Position numbers and translations under genes: made by a program
The notes under the pieces: model-generated
Database searches by the model: none
The model's input: the letters and a program-made list of their open reading frames with translations, nothing else
What the model was told of the DNA's origin: nothing
Shown here: positions 53,331-64,000 of the stretch, piece by piece
Position numbering within the stretch: the stretch's first letter is position 1
Layout: every line of letters begins with the position of its first letter
DNA from: Octopus sinensis
Taxonomy: Eukaryota
Direction of reading: 5' to 3'
DNA: 64,000 nucleotides
Assembly: GCF_006345805.1 (NCBI RefSeq)
Contig: NC_043008.1
Coordinates: 49,290,001-49,354,000, forward strand

Positions 53331-55220
53331 CAAGATGTTGAAATATCTTTGTATATAAAAATATCTCCACATCATTATCATCGTTTAACATCCACTTTCC
53401 ATGCTAGCATGGGTTGGACGATTTTACTGAGGGCTGGCGAACCAGATGGCTGCACCAGGCTTCAATCTTGATCTGGCAGAGTTTCTACAGCTGGATGCCC
53501 TTCCTAATGCCAACCACTCCAAGAGTGTAGTGGGTGCTTTTTACGTGCCACCCGCACGAGGGCCAGTTTGGTGGTACTGGCAATGACCTCGCTTGAATCT
53601 TTTTACACATGCCACCGGCACAGGTGCCAGTAAGGTGATGCTGGTAACGCTCCATGTATTTCTTTATTTCTATCATTGGTAAAGCAGATATCAACAAACA
53701 TTTTGACAAGTATATGAAATAAAAACCCAAAAGTCAGCAACTGCTTCTTAGCGACACATACATTAAATTTGAGAAATTTTTAGAAAAGGGGTGAAGTTCA
53801 CAGGGACCACCTCAGTGGCTCACCAGGTCGTTTTCTTTTTTTTAATGAAATTAACATAATTCTTATCATACCATTCTGCTAATCACAGATGTCTACATAA
53901 TCAAGTACTGATGAGTTTTACGTTTTTTTGTTATGACTGTACTTTCACCAGATTACTGTGAATACCTGTGATGCCGCTGACTGCGTCATCTACCTTTTTA
54001 CATTGACCTTGCTATTACGTTACCGACCAAGTTACATCATGGAGGGGGAGGCACAGCTCACTGGTTAGGATGATGAAAGACAAGTATAAATGATGACTGT
54101 ATCGTTAGTTTTACAGTGTTGAATTACTTCTTGAAATTAATGTTGCATAAATGGTGGTGCTACAGGTGAGTTCTGTCTTCAAACATTGAATTCCTCGTTT
54201 ACCAATTCTACAATTTATTTTTAACTTCAAACAGCTGCATTCATTTCATATCACCTTCAGCATCGCTCCTGGCTCTCAGATTAATGTGAACATGCATCAT
54301 AGAACCCATTTCTCATCACCTGGAAACTCTATATTCCACACCCTCTTAAACAAGGCAATGGGAAGATTACTGCCAAAGAGTAACTTCCAGTCAAAGAGAT
54401 GCTATTACTTCATAGCAATGTGTCTACGGGACCAGACAGGTGCAGGCGTGGCTGTGCAGTTAAGGAATTTGCTTTCTAATCGCATCATTTCAGGTTCAGG
54501 CCCAAGGTGTGACACTTAGGGCAAATGTTTTCTACTATAGCCGTGGGCTGACCGAAGCCTTATGGAAGAACTTGGCTGATGGAAACTGGTAGCAGCCCAT
54601 CGTTTGTGCATGTGTTTACGTTTGCATATTTTCCCAAAATGTTTGGGCTTCAAGCAGTGCATTGTCATTTTCCCTTGTCAACAAATTGTCCACGGGCTTT
54701 TCACTTTTGAGGACATGTGTTATAAGGAATCCCTTATTTCTTTATTACCCCCTAGGGGCTAAATGTAGAGGGGACAAATAAGGACAGACAAAGGGATTAA
54801 GTTGATTATATTGACCCCAGTGCGTATCTGGTACTTAATTTATTGACCCCGAAAGAATGAAAGGCAAGAATGACCTCGGCGGAATTTGAACTTAGAATGT
54901 AACGGCAGGCGAAATGCTTAGCAGTATTTTGCCTGGCGTGCTAACGATTCTGCCAGCTTGCTGCCTTATACATGTGGTATAAGAAATCCCTTGTTTAAAT
55001 AACAGGTAAGGGTTAGCAACAGGAACGGTATCCAACTATAAAAAGCAATACCCCAATAATGGTTCATCTTAGCCATGCTAATGTGGAAGATCAGGCTTAA
55101 GATGAATGAAGGTGGTGGTCTCAAAGTGATGAAAATATTTTGGCAAAATAAATTTAAATGTTAGAAATATTAAATTTCTAAATCTCTCATAGAGATATGT
55201 ACGGTGGTGGGGCGATAGAA

Positions 55221-55573
55221 TGGTTGTATACTGTCAATCTAACACAAACGTGACAGTAGGGGGTTATACCACTGCTGTTTAGCCCTAGGAAGCATCGACG
55301 CCTCCTGATGGCTTTGACACATTTTTCCTGTGTCCTTATATACATTTACGAAGGGGAGACAAACACCCCCAGCAGACAGGCCTGCATCTAGAGACACGCA
55401 TGTTTCAGGATCATTGTCCTTCATCAGTCTAGAGTCTCCCCTTCGTAAATGTATATAAGGACACAGGAATAATGTGTCAAAGCCATCAGGAAGCGTCGAT
55501 GCTTCCTAGGGCTAAACAGCGGTGGTGTAACCCCCTACTGTCACGTTCACGTTAGATTGACAGTATACAACCA
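55221..55573. mobile_element. Foldback element with 140-bp inverted arms and a 73-nt spacer carrying an HHR
   Basis: Arms 55221-55360 and 55434-55573, with 7 mismatches by manual alignment. Confidence 0.9.
55387..55433 (-). ncRNA. Canonical type I hammerhead ribozyme
   Basis: Minus strand: UCUAGA CUGAUGA AGGA-CAAUGA-UCCU GAAA CA-UGCG-UG UC| UCUAGA. Intact core, a GUC triplet, and 6/4/3-bp helices. Confidence 0.88.
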
Positions 55574-57664
55574 ATTTAAATGTTGAAGTGAATCTAACGG
55601 TTTTTGTGTGTTTTAAATGGCTTATAAACACTTTCCATTCTGCAATAAATTACGAACATGCTTTTAAAATAGATCACTCATTAATATGGATTTGTAAAAT
55701 CCAGGATTAAAATTTAAAATATTTTTGACACACCTGGATACACCTTGCAGGTAACTGTAAATTACAGGTCAAAGGTGTGACAAAAAAGACAAAAATATCT
55801 TTTATTTACTATCTTTATCTCCTTGGGGTCAAGTTTGCTTTTCATCCCCCTGCGGTCAGTGAAATACAAAGAGCCAGTCTAGTTGTGCTGTGGGCCTTGT
55901 GCCTTTATCTCATTGAAGTCAACTTTGCTTTTCATTTCTTTGGGGTTGATAAAATAAAATACCAGAAATTAGGACTGGATCAATGGTATCAACTCACCCC
56001 CCCCCTTCCCCTCAAAAATTGCTGACCTGGCCTTTATGTTTTAATCCCACTGTGGTCAACTTTGGCTTACATTCCTCTGGAGTTGATAAAATAAAATACC
56101 AATCAAATATTGGAAATCGGGGTGGGGGAGAGTGTCAGTGGCATTAACGTCACTCCTCTCAAAACTGCTGGCCTTGTGCTTAAATAAGAAACCATTATTT
56201 AGATTTGCAACAGGCTGTGGGTCGTCAGGGTGTTTTGGATTTTACCTGGCAAAGAAGAGTCAATATTTACTAAGTGCTGTGACTAAGAGGTGACATAGCA
56301 CAGGAGGCGAAGCAGTGATTGTCAAACCTCCAAATACAGACTGAGTGACTCACCACAATAGCCAGCATGTCAGCATTATGCAGTCTTTCTTCTCTGGATT
56401 AACATCATCATCATCATCATCTTTGTCGTTTAGCGTCTGCTTTCCATGCTGGCATGGGTTGGACGGTTTGACTGAGGGCTGGCAAGTGAGGAGGCTGCAC
56501 CAGGCTCCAAAAAAAAAAGTTTAGAAATGTTTTGTTAGGTTTGTGGTGTTTAGTTTGAGTTATTCCATGTACCTGAAATAAGGAATAAAAATCACTCAGT
56601 ATGCTCTGAAGTGGTTGGCATTAGGAAGGACATCCGGCTGTAGAAACCAGAGCAAAGTATACAATGAAACCCGGTGCAGTTTCTGGCTTTGCCAGCTCAT
56701 GTCAGACTGTCCAACCCATGCCAGCATGGAAAAACAGACACTAAAGGGTTAGGACGAATATTCTGAGGAAAATATCCTAAAATTTACAGAATCAACATCA
56801 GTTAAGGTTTCATTTGATAAAATTTGGGAAACCAACAATAAAAACAACAAAAACATTCACTATCACAGCCGCTGCCGCCGCCTTTGTTCCCCATATCTTC
56901 ATTACCATCATTTGCTTAATTCTTTTACTTTCCCATGTTGGCAAGAATCGGATGGGTTTTGCAGAACAACATCTCACCATCTCTAAATCTCTTCATCTTT
57001 TGCTTGACACACTTAAAGAGATTCCTCTCCCAATCCTTAAATCTAATCTCTAGGTCTATAAGGTAAGATATTCTCCACTTCACAAGCGAACTTAACAACA
57101 ACCAGATCTGTAAAGCAGACCAGAACGGCTGATAACGTTCCCAGTAATGAGCTGATGTGTTCTCCAGTTTAGGACAAGGAACGAGGAAGTTGGTAAACAG
57201 GTTTTGTTTCAACTTCACACTCACCATCTGCTGCTTTGAATCCGTTCCCCTGCACTTCCTTTTCTCCGCATTTCCTCACTTAACAGTTTCCCTCCACCAT
57301 TCTCTCTCTCTCTCTCTCTCTCCATCTTTCACTGATACATTCTCTGATCTAAGCTAATAACTTTCTCAGCTGGGGTTTTTTTTTATACTTAGTTTATATC
57401 TATTGATAGTTATTGATCTAATGTTGATCGGCGTGTGTGTTTAATTGGTGTGTGTGTGTTTATGCTTTTGTGAGTGAAACTATTAAGATGTTCATTATGC
57501 AGTTGGAATGGAAAGTCATGGCTAAAGTCTGAGTCACAACTAGAGTCTGGTATTTATATTCCATAACATGTTTATGTTATATTTAGTACAAGAGATTGCG
57601 TGTATGTATATGTGTATGTGTGTGTGTGTGTGCATTTTTATATATACTCACATGCAGATATGTA

Positions 57665-57712
<48 letters not shown>

Positions 57713-58138
57713 TCATTTAATACACTCAACTTACAAAAGATCTAGTAATAGTTTCATGCTTTAAAGATACAATAAATTAGTAGCTTGTGTAAATTGTGTA
57801 TATAAGTGATATTTATCTCACTGAATCCTACCAATGATGAAACTGTAATACAAAGAGAGAGAGGGAGAGAGAAAGAGAGAGAGGTGTGTGTATACTGTAT
57901 TCACCTGGATGGGTCAGTGAGATGAGGCTCTCACAACTCATCTAAGCAAGCAGACCTGTTCAACCCATGCCAGCATGGACAGTGGATGCAAATAATGACG
58001 ATGATCTATGTACACACATGTAAAAACATAGATATGTGTCTAGACACTTATACATACATGCCTGAATGCCTGTCTACACACACACACACACACACATTCA
58101 GTTAAACCCTCTTCCTTACCCGATCTCCATTGATGTGT

Positions 58139-58366
58139 TTAACCCTTTCGTTACCGTATTTATTTTGAGATGCTCTGTGTTTCATTCAATTAATTTTAAT
58201 TATAACAAGGAATTTAGTAAAGAACTTAGTTATCATTAGGCTAGTGTTAGGAACATAAATTGTGGCTAAGGTTCGGTGGAAGATTTTAATTCAGAACTTA
58301 TGAAAACAAGACATTTGTACTCAGAGCCAGAGGCAGTTTCAGCCGGGTTGGTATCAAAGGGGTTAA
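58139..58366. mobile_element. Complete piggyBac-type MITE (P1)
   Basis: TTAAccctttcgttacc ... ggtatcaaaggggTTAA. Confidence 0.88.
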
Positions 58367-58894
58367 GGTTGTGTGTACATAAAAGTGTTAACACTTCTGT
58401 AAATAATCTGCCAACATCCAAGAACCAAGAAGTGAGCTAAAAGTTAAATATAACAATGCTGCCGTTAACAGATGAGCATCCGCAGTCCATCTGTGCCCAC
58501 CCTTCCCTACGCATAGCTGTCTGTCAGTGAAGTATAAATCTCCTCTCAACTTATCAATCATTACAGGGGAATACCTTTTATAAGAATTATGAATGGGATG
58601 TAAACAAACACACAGACATTGAGAGAAGCACTTAAGGTTGTAATGAATGGGACTTTCTTCTACTACTTTGCTCTCATTTTTCAGGATTTCACATTTCTTT
58701 AACAGTGTCAGGTTTCTTTGGAAGAATTTCAGCTGTTATCCTTTTATTTTATTTTTCACTTTATTTTTCTTTTTACCTGTTCCAATCATTGCCTGTGGCC
58801 ATGCTGGTGCAACACCATTAAAGAAAAACATGCAATTCTCTCCTTGGCAGGGAATCAGACCTTAGTCTTCCAGTCAGAGATTCTTGCCACCATG

Positions 58895-59273
58895 TTATTA
58901 CCTCTGCCTTAGCGAAGGCAGAGGTATTGTTTTCAGTTGTGTTTGTTTGTTTGTTTGTTTGTCTGTGGACAAGATATCTTAAAAACTACGGGATGAATTC
59001 AGATGAAACTTTCAGGGATATTTGGCCTCATGACTGGCACGAACTGATTAGCTTTTGGGATCGATCTGGTACCGGACAAAGATTCTGGATTATTTTTCCT
59101 GTTTTTTTCACTTAATTTTTGAGAGCGGTCAGGTTTATTTTTAGTACTCTCGTTTGTGAGAGAAGTCGAGTTTATTTCAGATATTCTCCATTTTAAAAAT
59201 CATCTTTGGCTAATCGTTGAGAGGACGTTGGTGTTGTCTTGGTGGTGGTTTGAGCTCTCTGAGTGCTCTTGTT
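58895..59273 (+). mobile_element. DINE-1/HINE-like non-autonomous Helentron
   Basis: ttattacctctgcc start, (GTTT)n, degenerate subterminal inverted repeat (ggtggtgg), and a 3' hairpin gagctctctgagtgctc followed by ttgtt. Confidence 0.65.
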
Positions 59274-59279
59274 ATTATT

Positions 59280-59906
59280 GAAATGTTTAGCAGGATTTTA
59301 CCGATTCTGAGTTTAAATTCCATTGAGGTCAACTTTGCCTTTCATCCTTTCAGGGTCGGTAAAATAAATACCAGTTGTGTACTGGGGTTGATGTAATCAA
59401 CTACACCCCTTCCCCCTAATTTCAGGCCTTGTGCTTATATTAGAAAGGATTATTATTATTATTAAGGCAGCAAGATGGCTAAATTGTGAGCATCCCAGGC
59501 AAAATGTTTGCTGGCATTTTGTCTGTTTTCATGTTCAAATTCCACTGAGGTTGACTTTGCCTTTCATCCTTTCGGGGTCGATAGAATAAAGGACCAGTTA
59601 ATAAACACTGTGCTTGATGCAATCAATTTAACCCTTCTCCTGAAATTGCTGGCCTTGTGCTAAACTTTGAAATCATTATAATTATTATTAAAGCAGTGAG
59701 CTGGCAGAATTGTTAGCATGCAGGACAAAATACTTATCAGCATTTTGTCCATCATAAAGACATTCTGAGTTCAAATTCTGCCAAGGTTGACTTCGCCTTT
59801 CATCCTTTTGGGGTTGATAAATTAAGTACCAGTGAAAGACTGGGGGTTGATGTAATCAACTATACCTCTCCCCAAAATTTCAGGCCTTGTGTTGTTAGTA
59901 GAAAGG

Positions 59907-59950
<44 letters not shown>

Positions 59951-60165
59951 GGTGGGCTGGCAAAATCTTTAGAACACCAGACAAATTGCTTAGTGGCATT
60001 TTGTCCATCTTTCCATTTTGAGTTCAAATGCTGCTGAGGTTGACTTTGCTGTTTCTCCTTCCAGGGTTGATAAATTAAGTTCCAGTTGAGATCTGGGGTT
60101 GATGTCATCTACTCTCCCTCACCCTTACAATTGCTGACCTTGTGCCAAAATTTGGAACCACTATT
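59280..60165 (+). mobile_element. Head-to-tail array of four family A SINEs separated by (ATT)n
   Basis: Four copies of the 'ttgcctttcatcc...ggtcg/ttgataaa' domain. Confidence 0.85.
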
Positions 60166-60184
60166 ATTATTATTATTATTATTA

Positions 60185-60232
<48 letters not shown>

Positions 60233-60667
60233 GCTTGACTTTTGCTTTATGTCTGTACAAGTTGGCTCCAAGTCTCACCCAGAGACCTCAAGAGACAACA
60301 GGTTGGAAGTTCACGTTGTTATGCCTAGTGTGCCATATATTTGGGGTTTTTTTTTGGTGTTGTACTAGTGAATGTCTAATGAATAAATTAAAAAATATTA
60401 TTATTATTATTATTATTATTATATTATTATTATTATTATCATCATCATCTTCTATTTTGTAGGAGTTTCTGGTGTACGATGACTACTTTACCTGCCTAGC
60501 TGCAAAGACATAAACCCAACTGGTTCACCCCCATAACAGTTGAGGACATCTAAAATCTTGCTCCACATTGGGTTAGGATTACCCTCGGTCGCTGTTTGCC
60601 AAGACTATGCCCATCGACTACTATTAATCCCAATAGGAACTGAACTAAAAAAAAAAAAATTGCCAAA

Positions 60668-60757
60668 ATGACGGCTACAGGTGAAGAACAAGAACAACAA
60701 CCACAACCACACCAACGGAGTGGTAAAGCCCACTCGGAACGGTCAAATTACTTGGTG
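60668..60757 (+). CDS. Putative first coding exon of an unidentified host gene: MTATGEEQEQQPQPHQRSGKAHSERSNYLV (phase 0)
   Basis: gccaaaATG context, in-frame upstream TGA (60641), 30 open codons, and a consensus donor GTG|GTAAGT. A possible acceptor tttgtag| ends at 60462. No homology recognised. Confidence 0.5.
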
Positions 60758-61859
60758 GTAAGTACTGGCTTTCTTTCTCTGGGTTTGAGTCAGGAAAATT
60801 GGGTTTTTTTGTTTTGTTTTTATTTTTTTTTAGTTTAGTTTTGTTTCCAGTTCAAATTCATCTTGATCACACCCCCTCACTGAATGATGTCATTATTCAT
60901 TTTTCTTTTTTTTTTTAATTAATTATTTTTTTCCTTTTTGTCTATTTTTTTCCTCTTTTGTGTTTTTACTTTTCTTTATGTGTGTTTGCATGTGTGTGTC
61001 TGTGATTGTGTGCTGTTGTTGTTGTTGTTAAGCAACAAGACGGATAAGGGTGATAAGGTGATGGTCTAGGGCTTAGGGGCGGGAGACCCCAGACCTTGGA
61101 AAAAAAAAAAAACTTTGGTCGTCTTGTTGTAGTTGAGGGCTCTTCATTGACGCCCAACACCACTGGGAGGTGGTCCTCAAAGTCGCTGGAAATGGAAATC
61201 TCCAGGTCCAAATTCTTGGACGGCTGATTGTGTGCTTGTGAATGTGGTGTGTGCATGTATGTATATTTCTGTGTGTTGTGTATTTGTAAATGTCCGTGTA
61301 TGTGTTTGCATGTGTATGTCCATGTGTATGTCCAAGAATGACCATGAGATTGCAACTAGAAGGTTCCCCTCCGAGGCACAAGACTGGGCAAGGCTGTTTA
61401 TCAAAGACCAGCAGTCACCCATGCATGCCAGTCTCCCCCTATCCACGCCACCGATGTTATCCAAGAGAAACAGCCATCACCCTTGAAGTCATTAGACAGT
61501 CTTGCAGATTCTTATAAGTCCCAGATATTGTGATGTATGTACGTACATATCATCATCATTGTTTTTTTGCTAACAATTTTCATGCCTAATCCTTATCAGA
61601 TTGATTCAGTATCTATCATTACAATGACACCTCAGCCACCAATAGTTGCACACATTACTGCACAATACACTTATATTCATCAGGTTGAATCCAAACGAGC
61701 AAGTCTTTTTATTACATCATTTTACTGTTTTTTTCACTTCATTCTTCCTGTTTGTTAATTCGATTTTCATACAAGTGTTTCATAATTACAATCTCCAGAT
61801 TAGTCTTGTCTGATAGCCTGTACCTGTGCATGAGCTTAATGGGCGTTTACTCTCCGTAA

Positions 61860-62389
61860 ATAATATGCACACACACACACATACACAAAACACACATGTG
61901 TACATGTAGTTATATGCAGGCGTGTATCACATATGTGTATATGGATATATATATATGTGTGTATGTGTGTGTGTATATAGACACATTGTATGCGAGAATA
62001 GGAATTTGTCATGCACCTAGCACATTAACTTCAACTATATATGTTTACATGTGTGTGTGTGTATTAAACAAATATGTATATATATATACATACATATATA
62101 TATATATATATGTATATACGCGTGCATATTATACATGTGTTTGTGTGTGTATATATATTAGACATGTATGTATATATATATATATATATGTATGCACACA
62201 TATGTGCGTTTGTGTGTGTATATATTAGACATGTATGTATGTGTATAATATATATATATATTTATATGTAATGTATGTATACATATGTATGCATGCATAT
62301 TATGTGTGTGCTTGTGTGTGTGTGTGTATATTATTAGGCATACATGTGTATGTGTATATATGTATGCATGCATATGTACATATACACAT

Positions 62390-62431
<42 letters not shown>

Positions 62432-62475
62432 TGTGTGTGCGTGTGTGTGTGTGTGTGCGCGCGCGTGTATGTATA
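61860..62475. repeat. (TA)/(TG)/(TGTA) compound microsatellite
   Basis: Direct inspection. An (AC)/(AGAC) tract also lies at ~62995-63180. Confidence 0.95.
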
Positions 62476-63599
62476 CATAATCCTGTTATAAGTTACTTTC
62501 TTGTCTAGTGAACTTCTGAAATGGATCTGTGGAGAAATCTTTAGACTTTCTCTTTTTTTTTTTTATCCTGTTTTAAAAGAAAAGGAAGAAAAGGAAGAGA
62601 GTTGCTTACTGGCAAAAGGAAATCTCTTTTGTTTCTTGTTTCTTTCTTTTTTTTTCTTTACTTTTTTTTCTCCCGCTCGTCCCCCCCCACTACTTTCCCA
62701 ACACACACACACACACCACACACACACTCTCTCTCTCTCTCACTCTCGCTTTTTCTCTTGTTCACTCACACTTGTGTAAGATAATTCCTCACATAATTTT
62801 TTCATCAGTTTCTCCTTACTAGGTCACATAATCCTTTTAAACACCACATGTGCTAGATTATAGACGCTGTTGTTTTAAACCCGACCACAAAAAAAAACCA
62901 CAAAAAACCCCAGCTTTTAATAAAATACAAAACAACACAAAAATAACCAATAAACAAACAAAAAAAAGCAGAGAATTCAAAGGGAGACAACTTACCACAC
63001 ACACACACACACACACACACTGACAGACAGACACACACACTGACAGACAGACACACACACAGACAGAGACATACACACACACACACACTGACAGACACAT
63101 ACACACACAGACAGACATAGACATACACACACACACACACACACACTGACAGACACAGACATACATACATACGCACACACACCAGCTATTTTCCCCATGG
63201 CTTCCACTGTACTTGAACCCTAAACCCTGTAATTATCAGTTAACCACGCAGCTGAACTGCTTTATCTGGCACCTTATTTCCTTTGGCATTATTCTTAGAC
63301 GCTCGTTACATGGCCAAATTAAAATGCTGACTGTAATTGTTTTATTTATTTATTTATTTGTTTTTGCAGTGAACTTTTTTAAAAATTCTTTTTCTGTAGC
63401 AACTTAAAGCTTTAAGAAATTGTTATTTTACTGGTTTCATTGGACTGTGGCCATGCTGGGGCAAAGCCTCGAAGGGTCTTAGTTGATCAAATCTCACCCC
63501 ACCCAGCCTCTACATATTTTAGGGCTGGTACTTATTCCATTGATTCGTTTTTGTTGAACTGCTAAGTTACAGGGACATAAATCAATATTGTTTTTTACT

Positions 63600-64000
63600 C
63601 TAGGTACAAGGCCTGAAATTTTTGTGGAGGGGGCCAGTCGATTAGGTTGCCCTCAGTATGCAGCTGGTACTTAATTTATTAACCCCGAAAGGATGAAAGG
63701 CAAAGTCGACCTTGGCGGAATTTGAGCTCAGAACGTAAAGACAGACGAAATACCGCTAAGCATTTCGCCCGGCATGCTAATGCTTCTTATTTATTATTTC
63801 TTTATTGCCCACAAGGGGCTAAACATAGAAGGGACAAACAAAGACAGTCAAAAGGATTAAGTTGATTATATCGACTCCAGTGCGTAACTGGTACTTGATT
63901 TATTGACCCCGAAAGGATGAAGGCAAAGTTGACCTCAGCGGAATTTGAACTCAGAATGTAGTGGTAGATGAAATACCGCCAAGCATTTTGCCTGGCATGC
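63600..64000 (-). mobile_element. Two family A SINEs; the second runs off the window
   Basis: Reverse-complement matches to family A. Confidence 0.85.

Noticed and set aside
54117-54165. 49-nt candidate exon (ttttacag|...ctacag|gtgagt)
   Set aside because: Good splice signals, but no identifiable peptide or linkage to other exons. Cannot be supported without RNA data.
56925-57290. Minus-strand ORF with two GTGAG donor-like sites
   Set aside because: Splicing combinations give stops or unrecognisable peptides.

Overview
AT-rich, repeat-saturated eukaryotic DNA that reads as intronic or intergenic. Its repeat families (tRNA-derived SINEs with Meta/Nin-like and CORE-like central domains, RTE-clade LINEs with (GAT)n tails, TTAA-flanked piggyBac MITEs, very long TA/AAT/CA microsatellites) are most consistent with an octopus-type cephalopod genome. 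That assignment is by pattern recognition, not by database search. Nearly all ORFs in the track are microsatellite or repeat artefacts. The only clear protein-coding remnants are RTE LINE ORF2 fragments, the best at 18686-19902 on the minus strand, plus a short mariner-like fossil. One plausible host first coding exon lies at 60668-60757 (+); its protein is not recognised. The main discovery is a set of four sequence-unrelated type I hammerhead-ribozyme (HHR) motifs. An intact, canonical HHR (55387-55433, minus) sits in the loop of a 140-bp, 95%-identical inverted repeat. A full-length HHR with a bulged stem I and one core mutation lies at 23414-23476 (minus). Two Penelope-style minimal HHRs, each with an inverted partial copy, lie at 26269-26653 and 39801-39968. 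All ribozyme activity is predicted from folding by eye and is untested.
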